From contig CBDFJJ010000013.1 of the NCBI GenBank assembly GCA_965248285.1, positions 135,272-199,271 on the forward strand: DNA of 64,000 nucleotides, written 5' to 3'. The notes beneath the pieces were generated by a model. That model was not told where the DNA came from and did no database searches. It worked only from the letters and a program-made list of their open reading frames with translations. The position numbers and the translations under genes are program-made. Origin of the DNA: Gemmatimonadales bacterium. Lineage in GTDB: Bacteria; Gemmatimonadota; Gemmatimonadetes; Gemmatimonadales; GWC2-71-9. Within the stretch, counting starts at the first letter, position 1. The number at the start of each line of letters is the position of its first letter. Positions 28,259-37,183 of this stretch are shown in pieces.

Positions 28259-29800
28259 ATGAGCGACAATCTCAGGGTTTTTGGGCCTCGATTCGTCTCG
28301 ATCGTGGATCAGCTCGCGCTACACGGCCGGCACCGCGGCGAACAAGTCGCCATCATCGATGGCGAGGCCATGCTGTCGTGGAGGCAGTTGGATCGATCCG
28401 TCAATCGCGTCGCGAACGCACTGCTGGCTAATGGCCTCGACAAGGGTGATCGCGTGGCCCTGCTGGCCGGCAACAGCGCCTGGTCATACGTCGTGCTCTT
28501 CGGGATCCTACGCGCGGGCGGTGCGGCTGTGCCGCTTTCGCCGCTTCTGACGCCCGAGCTGCTTGCGAATCTCGCGGTGGATGCAGACGCAAAGTTGCTG
28601 TTCACGAGCGATGCGTTCATGGAGCTCGCGTCGAGTGCATTCGGCCAGATGCCGTCACTGAGGGTTGTGGCCCAGGGGCAACAGCACGAGGAGTTTGTCA
28701 GCGGCATCGGGGATGCTTCGCCCAACGTTCGCCTGACCGCAGATGACCTCTGCAACATCATTTACTCTTCGGGAACTACGGGCACACCGAAAGGCATCGC
28801 GCACAGTCATGGCGCGCGCGCCGCGTTCGGCTACCATGTCCTGGCCAACCTGCCCTTCCACTCCGCGTGTCGCACGCTGCTCGCGACGCCACCACACACC
28901 AACGGTACCTGGGTGATGCTGTTCCCCACGCTGCTCGTCGGCGGCACTACTATCCTGATGTCGAAGTTCGAACCGCGGTCCCTGTTCGAACTGATCCGTC
29001 TCCATAGGCCGACGCACGGGTTCCTCGTACCGACTATGTGCCGGGCCATCCTCGATCACCCGGATGTTGGCACCGCGGACTTCACGTGCTTCGAATGTGC
29101 CTTGACGGCCGGTGCCCCGATGCCCGAGCAGATGAAGATCGACGTTCGCAAGCTGACGGGCGACCACCTCTACGAGCTCTGGGGACTCACCGAGGGCGTT
29201 GGGACAGTGATCACGCCGGCCGAGATGACGACAAGACCGCAGGCCGTGGGCCGGCCCATTCCCGGATGCGATATTCGGACGATTGATGACGAGGGACGCG
29301 AGAACACGGGGCGCGGCGTGGGCGAGATCGTCGGCTGGTCAACGGGCCTGATGGACGGTTACTGGAACCGTCCTGAGACCAGCAAGGAGCTCGAGTGGAC
29401 GTCGGCCGACGGTCAGCTGTTCATTCGCACCGGCGACATGGGTGAAATCGACGAAGAGGGCTACCTGACGCTACGCGGACGGGCCAAGGACATGATCATC
29501 AGTGGAGGGCTCAATGTCTTTCCGATCGACATCGAGTCGGTCTTGCTCGAACACGCGGACGTGGCCGACGTCACCGTCGTGGGCTGCCCTCACGAGCACT
29601 GGGGCGAGACGCCAGTCGCGTTCGTGATCCCGCGCGAAGGCTTCACGGTGAAGCCCGACGAATTGAAGGACTGGGCCAACGAGCGCCTCGCCAAATTCCA
29701 GCGCCTCGCAGACGTCGTGTTCAGGAATCAGGATTTTCCGCGGAACACCCTGGGGAAGGTGATCAAGAACCAAATGCGCGACGAGTACCTCGAACGCTGA
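28259..29800 (+). CDS. AMP-dependent acyl-CoA synthetase (long-chain-fatty-acid-CoA ligase-like)
   Basis: ATG at 28259 follows GGAGGAGG. The AMP-binding signature YSSGTTGTPKG and C-terminal GKVIKN are present. Confidence 0.85.
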   Translation: MSDNLRVFGPRFVSIVDQLALHGRHRGEQVAIIDGEAMLSWRQLDRSVNRVANALLANGLDKGDRVALLAGNSAWSYVVLFGILRAGGAAVPLSPLLTPELLANLAVDADAKLLFTSDAFMELASSAFGQMPSLRVVAQGQQHEEFVSGIGDASPNVRLTADDLCNIIYSSGTTGTPKGIAHSHGARAAFGYHVLANLPFHSACRTLLATPPHTNGTWVMLFPTLLVGGTTILMSKFEPRSLFELIRLHRPTHGFLVPTMCRAILDHPDVGTADFTCFECALTAGAPMPEQMKIDVRKLTGDHLYELWGLTEGVGTVITPAEMTTRPQAVGRPIPGCDIRTIDDEGRENTGRGVGEIVGWSTGLMDGYWNRPETSKELEWTSADGQLFIRTGDMGEIDEEGYLTLRGRAKDMIISGGLNVFPIDIESVLLEHADVADVTVVGCPHEHWGETPVAFVIPREGFTVKPDELKDWANERLAKFQRLADVVFRNQDFPRNTLGKVIKNQMRDEYLER

Positions 29801-29837
29801 GGAAGCGTTTGCCATCGATCCAATGTCGGTTCAGCGA

Positions 29838-32045
29838 TCATTGTACGGCGCGATCGACCACCGGCAACATTATCCGAGAAGGTCGGCGTACATCCCTGAA
29901 GATGCGCCAATTCGGCGCCGGACCTTCGGGCTTCGCAAAGTTGTCGACGTCGGCGCCGGCCAGGGCGACTCGAATCCGATGTCCCTTCCGGAAGAGATAG
30001 GACGTCGGCCAGAGATCGACGGTGATATGCTCGACCGTCCCCGGTGTCATGGCTTCGGCGTCGGCGCGTGCGAACGAGCGGTACGGCGTTACGAGCGCAT
30101 AGGGGGCGGGAGCAGTCGAGAGGCGTCGATGCTGGAGATCCAGCTGTCCCTCGGTGACGTACACAACATCGCCGCTTGGGGAGACATCTTCCAAATAGAC
30201 GAAGAACTGACCGCTGGGTTGGTCGGACGCGAGGTAGATCGTGACAAGGGGATGTCCGGTGACCTCTCGATCCTCTTCGAGCGGCGCTGACGTGTAAGTG
30301 ATTGCCCGCTCGTCCTGCTCTCTGCGGTCCGGATACCCGATCCGGGCCCCAGCGATGTTGACGTACGACACCCACCTGGACGACGTTCCACTCGTGGCGT
30401 CGATGGCCACGGCGTGTTGATCGCTCGCCTCCGATTCCCGCGGCGGTGCGAGCGTAAGAGAACCGCCGCTGGACAAGTAGAGGTCGAGGTTCGTCGCCGC
30501 GGGCGGCCATGACGTGGCGCTGCGCCATTGCTCCGCGCACATCGTGAAATACCGCACGGGCGGTTCATCAGCGAAACCGTTGGCGATCTCCTTCAGGTAG
30601 TAATCGAAGAATCGAAGCGTCTCCGTCCGCGAGTCGAACCGGTTCTGTCTTCGCCTGCCACACGGGCTGATATTCTGTCGACCGCCATGGTCCCATGGAC
30701 CAATGAGAAGGCGACTGCCGGCGTTGGGAACGGTCAGGAAACGTTTGATCGCGCCATATTGGTAAGCGCCGTCGAGCCAGCCGCTTACCGAATAAATTGG
30801 CGTGTTCGTGCTCTTGATGTCCTCCTGATACACGAAAGGACTCATCTGCAGCGGCGAGAAGTCACCAATCGTTTGGTCCTTGAACTGCAACCGCCGCATC
30901 GACTCGTACGGATCGAAATTGCGTGCATGTTCCGCGATCGCCTCCTGCAGCGCACGCCGGTCGCCGTTCACTGGGCGAATGCCCCCGTTTCTCTTCGCGA
31001 AGTCCTCGCCCAAGATCGCACCCAGCGTGTTCGAGTCGAGGTAGCGCGCGAAGTCGGCCCAGACACGGGCGAACCGTTCTGGAAACAACACGCCTGGCCG
31101 TACGATTTCCGGAAATGCGTCATAGAACGTGAACTGCGGCGTTACGGCCTTGATGGCAGGGTGGCGACGCGCAAGCAATAATTCAGCGACCGTACCGTTG
31201 TAGGACACGCCCTCCAGGCCGATGCGGCCATTCGACCAGGGCTGGCGGACGATCCAATCGACGATCTCCACGCCGTCACCGATTTCAGTCTCACCGAGGA
31301 TCGTTGTCCGCGAGCCGAAGGAAGCGCCGGTTCCGCGTACATCCACGGTGACATATGCGTAGCCGTGCCGGACCAGTGTTTCGATGTTGCGGCTGGGACC
31401 CGCGGGTGCATCCCTCAGCCAGCTATACGGGAAGCGATTGACTTGCGCTCGGTGGTACGGTGTCTGGAGCAGGATCGTCGGGAGCTTCCCCGACATGTCG
31501 CGTGAGCGATACACGGTCACCGCAAGCCGTACCTCGTCGCGCATGGGAACGTAGTATGATTGGGAGACCGTCGCCGTAATGTTGACGAACGATCCCTTTG
31601 CGCAGAACGCCAGTCCCGCCGCACAAGCGACCACCGCAAGGGACGCCCAAAGCTTGCCGAAACGTCCGCCACCGTTGAACAGGAACGCAACGGTTGCGGC
31701 CGCCGCGCCTGTCGCCAGGATGAAGCCGCTCAGCAGTGCGGCCTCGATCGGCGCGAGTGTCCAGATCGGCCCCGCGCGCCAGGGCACCAGCGCTGCTATC
31801 GCGATTCCGAGCACGCCGCCACCGAGGAGCGCGGAGCGCGGGGCCACGCCGAGAACGGCCAAGCCGGAGAGCAGGAACCCGACGGTCGCCAACCACAGCT
31901 CGCCGTCTTCTGCGACCCCGAAGATGGCCAGGCACGCTATTCCGACGAGGAGCGTGCTACCGCGGAGAAGGTTGACGTGGCTGCCCCCGCCCCCGCCCGT
32001 GACCCCCTCCCTTCCGCGCTCCGACGTCCGCGTTCCGCGCGCCAA
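29838..32045 (-). CDS. CocE/NonD family hydrolase with predicted polytopic N-terminal membrane region (start uncertain)
   Basis: The catalytic part carries YYVPMRDEVRL, LLQTPYHR and GVSYNG. It is preceded by about 130 aa of hydrophobic segments. TTG 32045 lies 7 nt after GGAGAG. The ORF-track start at 32423 overlaps the neighbouring gene and is rejected. Confidence 0.6.
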   Translation of the reverse strand: MARGTRTSERGREGVTGGGGGSHVNLLRGSTLLVGIACLAIFGVAEDGELWLATVGFLLSGLAVLGVAPRSALLGGGVLGIAIAALVPWRAGPIWTLAPIEAALLSGFILATGAAAATVAFLFNGGGRFGKLWASLAVVACAAGLAFCAKGSFVNITATVSQSYYVPMRDEVRLAVTVYRSRDMSGKLPTILLQTPYHRAQVNRFPYSWLRDAPAGPSRNIETLVRHGYAYVTVDVRGTGASFGSRTTILGETEIGDGVEIVDWIVRQPWSNGRIGLEGVSYNGTVAELLLARRHPAIKAVTPQFTFYDAFPEIVRPGVLFPERFARVWADFARYLDSNTLGAILGEDFAKRNGGIRPVNGDRRALQEAIAEHARNFDPYESMRRLQFKDQTIGDFSPLQMSPFVYQEDIKSTNTPIYSVSGWLDGAYQYGAIKRFLTVPNAGSRLLIGPWDHGGRQNISPCGRRRQNRFDSRTETLRFFDYYLKEIANGFADEPPVRYFTMCAEQWRSATSWPPAATNLDLYLSSGGSLTLAPPRESEASDQHAVAIDATSGTSSRWVSYVNIAGARIGYPDRREQDERAITYTSAPLEEDREVTGHPLVTIYLASDQPSGQFFVYLEDVSPSGDVVYVTEGQLDLQHRRLSTAPAPYALVTPYRSFARADAEAMTPGTVEHITVDLWPTSYLFRKGHRIRVALAGADVDNFAKPEGPAPNWRIFRDVRRPSRIMLPVVDRAVQ

Positions 32046-32155
32046 GCTCAGTCTCTCCGAGTGAATTCGAACGGTTGTATCGTGCCGCCCCGCCGGCCCA
32101 ACACGAATCTGACGGCCTGGGGGCCGTTCACGAACTCGAAGGACACCGACATGCG

Positions 32156-33727
32156 CTATCGTTCGGCCCCGCGGAAGACAGCGACGAAGGCGTCGCGACC
32201 CACGGGACGGAGGTCCGCCATGCTCGAGGAGCCCGACACGCGCATGACCAATCCGTCGACGGTGGCATCGATGATCATTTCGCCGGCAGCCGGATTCACA
32301 TAGGTCCCGATATAAGCAGGCAGTGCGGCGGTCCACGCAGGGTCGAACGCGTCCATCGCGGGGAGGGGGATCTCGCGGCCTTCGTGATCGGCGGACCATG
32401 AACGCAAATAACGCGAATCCCAATCGAGCGGCTCGAACTTCATATAGTAGTCAATCAACATGCGCGCGATCGCTAGATGTGCCCTGCTGTGGCGGTAATC
32501 GAGATTGTTGAGCACGGCTACACCGATGTCAGCGTCGTGAAAGAGCCACACGATGGACCCATAGCCGACCTGCCCGCCCGAATGATTGGAGGCACGGACA
32601 CCGCGATAGATCTTGGTGCGCCACCCCAACCCGTAACCGTTCAGCATGTCCGCTTTTTCGGTGGGCGTCATGGCTCCCCCGCGGCGCCACGCGGCGGTCT
32701 CCGTGGCGATAGAGAATGAATGGATCTCGCGAACCTGCCGGGCACGCAGAAGCGTTCGATGATTCACCTGACCCTCGTTCAAGTGGAAGAGCAGCCACTT
32801 CGCGATGTCCGACGCCGTAGAGTTGATGGCGCCCGCCGGCGCGATCGAACCCTCGAACCGCCACGGCCATACCTGCAGGCTACGCGGCTCGCCGGGCGGC
32901 GCCATGAATTCAGGGTCGACACCGTGCGGCGAGGCGACGTTACGTTCGCCTCCGGTCAAAGCGTCCTGCCCGATCTTCGCCCCGGCCGGCGGCAGGCAGA
33001 GCCAGCATAACGCGAGATTCTCCGAGTCCACGTAACGATCTTCCCGTGTGTTGGATCGCGTCATTCCCAAAGGCGCAAAGATCCGGTCCTCGACAAACCG
33101 ACCCCATTCCACACCAGAGGCCTCCTCGACCACGGCGCCGAGCGCGAGGATGCCCATGTTCGAGTAGAGAAAGTTTCCGTATGGTTCGACCGACTCGAGA
33201 AATGGAAAACGCGAAAGAGTTTCTCGTCCGCTCCAGCCGTGCAGGATCCACGGAATGTCGGCATCGACCCCGAACCGATGGGCGGCCAGATCCCTCACGG
33301 TCACATGAGCCGTGAGCCATGGGTCCCGGAAGCGAAGCGTCTCCAAGTAGTTCGATGCGGGCGCATCCCAATCCAGGTATCCGGAATCGACCAGCATCGC
33401 CGCCGCGGCCGCTGTGAATGCCTTCGTCATGGATCCGATGCCAAAGATCGTATTGGGGTCCACCGGTTCGGATCGGCCCACTTCGCGGACGCCGTAACCT
33501 TTGGCGATCACTACGCGGCCGTCTTTCACCACCGCGACCGCCAGGCCCGGCACCCTCCATTCGGCCATGATGCGTTGGATTTCGCCGTCGAGGGGGTGAG
33601 GGCCGTTCGCCAACGTCTGAGCCTCGGCCAAGGCCGTTCCCACCAATGCGAAGCAAGACGCCAAGACTGGTTGAACCAGCTTGAGGATGAACGCCCGCAA
33701 ACGGATGTCTGGACATTGCCTCGCCAT
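32156..33727 (-). CDS. Serine hydrolase, class-C beta-lactamase / DD-peptidase fold
   Basis: 523-aa ORF with a signal peptide, the S-x-x-K motif (GSMTKAF) and the Y-S-N motif (LYSNMG). Confidence 0.8.
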   Translation of the reverse strand: MARQCPDIRLRAFILKLVQPVLASCFALVGTALAEAQTLANGPHPLDGEIQRIMAEWRVPGLAVAVVKDGRVVIAKGYGVREVGRSEPVDPNTIFGIGSMTKAFTAAAAAMLVDSGYLDWDAPASNYLETLRFRDPWLTAHVTVRDLAAHRFGVDADIPWILHGWSGRETLSRFPFLESVEPYGNFLYSNMGILALGAVVEEASGVEWGRFVEDRIFAPLGMTRSNTREDRYVDSENLALCWLCLPPAGAKIGQDALTGGERNVASPHGVDPEFMAPPGEPRSLQVWPWRFEGSIAPAGAINSTASDIAKWLLFHLNEGQVNHRTLLRARQVREIHSFSIATETAAWRRGGAMTPTEKADMLNGYGLGWRTKIYRGVRASNHSGGQVGYGSIVWLFHDADIGVAVLNNLDYRHSRAHLAIARMLIDYYMKFEPLDWDSRYLRSWSADHEGREIPLPAMDAFDPAWTAALPAYIGTYVNPAAGEMIIDATVDGLVMRVSGSSSMADLRPVGRDAFVAVFRGAER

Positions 33728-33860
33728 GGCGGCCTCGCCTGAAGGGGTTAGAAGTCGCGCCGCCGGCGTCGGGCGACGTCAGGTTGGCGCCGGTGCCGAC
33801 CCGGCCTTATTTAATAATGGAGACAATCACTGCAGTCAAAGTGGGCGACGAGTGAACACT

Positions 33861-34838
33861 ATGGTGACAAAGCGATTGATCCGAACGGTGCTTCTGGTCG
33901 CGCTCGCCTTCGCGGCCGGCGCGTACGTGTATCAGCTCGTCTCGCTCCAGACCTTCAAAAGACGATTCGCCCGCGACCTGGAAACCGGCAGCGAAGTCGT
34001 CGCGACGGAACGTGGCCCGATCGAGTACGCGTCGGTTGGCGAGGGACCCGTGGTCGTGTTTCTGCACGGCACACCGGGCGGATATGACCAGGGGATGGTC
34101 TTCGCCGGGCCGTTCGTCGAAGCCGGATTCCGATTTATTGCGCCGTCGCGCCCGGGGTACTTGCGGACGCCGCTCTCCGCGGGCAAGACGGCCGACGAAC
34201 AGGCCGATGCGATCGAGGCCTTGATCGAGGCGCGCGGCATAGACCACGTGGCCGTGGTAGGGGCCTCGGGTGGCGCTCCCTCGGCGGTCGCGTTCGCGCA
34301 ACGCCATCCGGACCGTGCGTGGGCCCTTGTCACGCTGGTCGGTCTGCTCGAGCCGAAGGACCGAAGCATGCCACCGCTTACCGCCACGGATCAGATCACC
34401 AATCGACTATTTGGCCGCGACTTCACCACCTGGCGGCTCCTCCGAGCCATGGAGGATGCGCCGCGCGAGTCTTTTGCGTTCGCGAACGAGAGCAGCAGGT
34501 CGAGGCTGCTCGCCGACTCCACGAAGGTGGCGCAGTTTTTCGAGATGGCGTGGACCCGCTTTCCGCGCGAGCGCCGCGAGGCCGGATGGGCCAACGACCG
34601 GGAGCAATACAGAACACTGGACTTTGGGGCAGCGGCTCGCATCCAAACCCCTACGTTGGTGGTCCACGGAACGGCCGACGTAAACGCCCCCTTTCAGGGG
34701 GCCGCCACCTTCGCTGAGCGGGTCCCGAACGCCGCGCTGATCCGGGTGGAAGACGGCGACCACTACATCATGGTCGCCCGGGGCGAGGAGCTCTGGCCGC
34801 AGGTGATGAAGTTTCTTTGGCACGTCGCGGCGCGGTAG
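33861..34838 (+). CDS. Alpha/beta hydrolase with N-terminal membrane anchor
   Basis: ATG at 33861 begins MVTKRLIRTVLLVALAFAAGAYVY. VVFLHGTPGG and VVGASGGAPSA (G-x-S-x-G) are present. The ORF-track start at 33681 overlaps the divergent gene. Confidence 0.75.
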   Translation: MVTKRLIRTVLLVALAFAAGAYVYQLVSLQTFKRRFARDLETGSEVVATERGPIEYASVGEGPVVVFLHGTPGGYDQGMVFAGPFVEAGFRFIAPSRPGYLRTPLSAGKTADEQADAIEALIEARGIDHVAVVGASGGAPSAVAFAQRHPDRAWALVTLVGLLEPKDRSMPPLTATDQITNRLFGRDFTTWRLLRAMEDAPRESFAFANESSRSRLLADSTKVAQFFEMAWTRFPRERREAGWANDREQYRTLDFGAAARIQTPTLVVHGTADVNAPFQGAATFAERVPNAALIRVEDGDHYIMVARGEELWPQVMKFLWHVAAR

Positions 34839-34891
34839 AGGTGAACTGTAAGGTCCATCGAACGCCGCGGTGCGACGTCGGACGCCACCGT

Positions 34892-35470
34892 TCAAATTCC
34901 CCGCTTCATCAGACCGGATGTTTCAGCGGCGCCGGCGGCCACCGCGAAGACGAGGGAGAACACTCCGACAACCACAAGAAGAACGACATTGGATCCAATC
35001 GTCGCGGTCAGCGAATTCCCCGCCAATGGTCCCGCCACAACCAACGCAAACCCAAGGGCCGCAGCCATTGCGTGACTGGTGATCTGCAATGCGGCCACCT
35101 TCTGGACCCAGGGCAGAAGGCTTGGGTCGTTCGGGTCGTGCACGGCGATGATGGAAGGGACGATCAAGCTGGCGAGCGGAAGCCAAAACACCATGATGAC
35201 CCCGAATACCAGGCTCGCCACACTCTTGAGTGCGATCATCGAGGACAGGATTGCGGTGCACCCGGGCGTATCCCGACTCGCTACCAGCGGGCGAACTTTG
35301 GTAAGCGGCCAGACCCGGTCGAGCGCACTGAGCTTCTTGCGATGAGCGATTCGCCCAAGGTGCATCAGGTAGCGGTGGCTTGCGTAATGCGATCCGAGCC
35401 ACAGCATCAGCATTGATGCCGCTTGTGAGATCACCCATGCTTTAATGAACAGTCCGAAAACATCGCTCAT
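34892..35470 (-). CDS. Integral membrane protein, function unknown
   Basis: ATG at 35470 (MSDVFGLFIKAWVISQAASMLMLWLG) gives 192 aa with several hydrophobic helices. Confidence 0.6.
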   Translation of the reverse strand: MSDVFGLFIKAWVISQAASMLMLWLGSHYASHRYLMHLGRIAHRKKLSALDRVWPLTKVRPLVASRDTPGCTAILSSMIALKSVASLVFGVIMVFWLPLASLIVPSIIAVHDPNDPSLLPWVQKVAALQITSHAMAAALGFALVVAGPLAGNSLTATIGSNVVLLVVVGVFSLVFAVAAGAAETSGLMKRGI

Positions 35471-35533
35471 GGTTTCGTTTCCATGGTGGAGTTGTAGCGC
35501 TCGACCAAAGCCGGAAACTCTCGATCGAAAAAC

Positions 35534-35785
35534 GGCCACGGATGACGCTAAAGCTAGAGGTCACGGATCCCGGCCACGGATGACGCTAAAGCTTTGGATT
35601 ACACGGATCCCGGCCGCGGATGGCGCTAAAGCTTTAGATGACGCGGATCCCCACACCCTTCCCCATCGGCAGTGCGTCTTTTAAGACCCGTCGCGGCCCT
35701 TCGAGGGCCGCGGCCGAGCCCGCGCTTTAGCGCACCGGGCGACGTAGCCGCGGATGACGCTAAGGGTCTGGATTGCACGGAGCCC
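35534..35785. repeat. Family-3 array (a): spacer-less tandem units of about 38-40 bp plus one outlying unit
   Basis: Units are CCACGGATGACGCTAAAGCTAGAGGTCACGGATCCCGG, CCACGGATGACGCTAAAGCTTTGGATTACACGGATCCCGG and CCGCGGATGGCGCTAAAGCTTTAGATGACGCGGATCCCC. A GCGGCCC-ttcga-GGGCCGC hairpin and a fourth unit at 35747-35785 follow. Confidence 0.85.
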
Positions 35786-35831
35786 CAACGCGATAAAAAG
35801 GGCGGCCCACGAAGGACCGCCCCATTGTCAA

Positions 35832-36332
35832 CTAGAGGGTGTGCCGGACCAGGGTCGCCACCACCTTGTTAGGGCCAGGACAGGACACTCCGCCCCAGTC
35901 CTTTGCGCCGCCGCTCGAGTCCCACACCCAGACCGGGCCGGTGAACGTGAACCTGTCCGTGAACGCGTCTGGGCGTTCCCACAGCACGGTGGCATCGAGG
36001 AACGACGGACCCCATGAGGAGCCGAGCCGTATGTATGTGTAATCGTAATTGACTAGGAGAAGGTGACGGGGCAACGTGAACGGCCCCGTTTCCTCGCCAG
36101 ACGCGGGCCGCGGCTGATCGATGTCGACTTTCACCTTGACTTGCGCGGGGGGCACCTCTTTAGCGAGTTCGGCCACGAGATCAGTAAAAAACTGACCGGT
36201 CGGGATCGTACCCCCGCTGGTCGCATCAAGTCCAACGCACGCGCCGAGGTTCGTGAATTGCATCTTGATAGTCGGGTGCTCCTGGTTGTAGTTGCCGACG
36301 GCGAACGCCTTCACCTTGCAGACACGGCGCAC
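35832..36332 (-). CDS. Hypothetical protein (orphan), downstream of vapBC on the same strand
   Basis: 166-aa ORF (GTG 36332; alternative ATG 36263) with protein-like composition and no signal peptide. I recognise no family. Confidence 0.5.
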   Translation of the reverse strand: MRRVCKVKAFAVGNYNQEHPTIKMQFTNLGACVGLDATSGGTIPTGQFFTDLVAELAKEVPPAQVKVKVDIDQPRPASGEETGPFTLPRHLLLVNYDYTYIRLGSSWGPSFLDATVLWERPDAFTDRFTFTGPVWVWDSSGGAKDWGGVSCPGPNKVVATLVRHTL

Positions 36333-36416
36333 CTGGTCGGATCAGGCGCATGGTCATGGAAGGCGTTGAATAAGAGCGCGTGCCGCCGGCGTGAAGATCG
36401 CGCTCGGGTGTGCCGT

Positions 36417-36881
36417 CTACTTGCTGGGCCCAGGCCACGGTTTGACGAAGTCGAAATCCACGTGTCGTCCGATGCGTTCGAAATCCCCGTCATTGTCGGT
36501 CACGAGCGCGACCCCAGCCTCCCGGCACGCGACCGCGAGCAGGACGTCGTTTCCAAAGGCCCGACGCATCCGCTTGAGGTCCACGCCATCCGTCGATCGC
36601 AGACTGGCCAGGACATCGCCTGCTCGCTCCCACGCCGCGGCGGTCGGTGCAAAGATGCGCCGGCGTCTTGCGAACGGGCGAATGATGTGGCGCTCGAGGT
36701 CCCGGAGGATCGATGGCGTCAACACGCCAGCCCGGAGTTCGTGGGCCACGATGGCACAGAGGTATTCAAAGGGTCCAAACGCGCGATGGAATCGTTGGAT
36801 GGCCTCCTTGGCTCGCGGTTGCCGGAAGCTCTTGATGAAGAGGTTTGTGTCAAGCGCGTATTTGCGCTCTCGGCGGCGCAT
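36417..36881 (-). CDS. vapC: PIN-domain toxin (VapC-type)
   Basis: 154-aa ORF with YALDTNLFI near the N-terminus (first PIN Asp) and ALVTDNDGDFERI at the C-terminus. Confidence 0.85.
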   Translation of the reverse strand: MRRRERKYALDTNLFIKSFRQPRAKEAIQRFHRAFGPFEYLCAIVAHELRAGVLTPSILRDLERHIIRPFARRRRIFAPTAAAWERAGDVLASLRSTDGVDLKRMRRAFGNDVLLAVACREAGVALVTDNDGDFERIGRHVDFDFVKPWPGPSK

Positions 36882-36884
36882 CGC

Positions 36885-37097
36885 CTACTCGACGGTATCG
36901 ATGTCTGCTCCAAACATCGCGTCTGCCCCATCGATGAGTTCCTGGCGGAAAACGACCATGTCGAGCGCGGTTTCAATGGTGGCCGTGGCCGTCTCGGTCC
37001 CCAGGATTTTTTGGGCGGCCTCCAGCCGACCGGGCGTGAGACGGAAGGTGCGGGAGACCTTGCGGATGGTTCTCGAGGCGCGGACTTTGCGAGCGAT
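36885..37097 (-). CDS. VapB-type antitoxin, 70 aa, not in ORF track (apparent ATC start)
   Basis: Reads (I)ARKVRASRTIRKVSRTFRLTPGRLEAAQKILGTETATATIETALDMVVFRQELIDGADAMFGADIDTVE, with a stop 3 nt before the vapC ATG. A perfect AGGAGG (37103-37108) lies 5 nt before ATC 37097. An in-frame TAG at 37107-37109 excludes any upstream start. Confidence 0.6.
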   Translation of the reverse strand: MARKVRASRTIRKVSRTFRLTPGRLEAAQKILGTETATATIETALDMVVFRQELIDGADAMFGADIDTVE

Positions 37098-37125
37098 AGA
37101 GTCCTCCTAGTGTATGTACATAAAT

Positions 37126-37154
37126 AATCTACGTACATACATCGGTCAGCGCAA
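37126..37154 (-). promoter_or_regulatory. Putative sigma70-type promoter with inverted-repeat operator for the vapBC operon
   Basis: On the minus strand: TTGCGC (37154-37149), a 17-nt spacer, then TAGATT (37131-37126). It is flanked by the inverted repeat TGTATGTAC (37111-37119) / GTACATACA (37132-37140). Confidence 0.5.
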
Positions 37155-37183
37155 CCCTTTTGCGGCTTCTCCGAGGTACGAAA

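Noticed and set aside
29838-32423. 861-aa version of the membrane-anchored CocE gene
   Set aside because: The first 126 codons overlap the 3' end of the beta-lactamase-fold gene and are Arg-rich. The start was moved to TTG 32045, though it remains uncertain.
35534-35785. Family-3 arrays as CRISPR arrays
   Set aside because: The units abut each other with no spacers, the arrays hold only 2-4 units, and no cas genes are in the window.
36063-37127. 354-aa plus-strand ORF spanning three minus-strand genes
   Set aside because: It is Arg-rich and motif-free. It overlaps the PIN toxin, its antitoxin and the orphan gene, all of which have better coding character.
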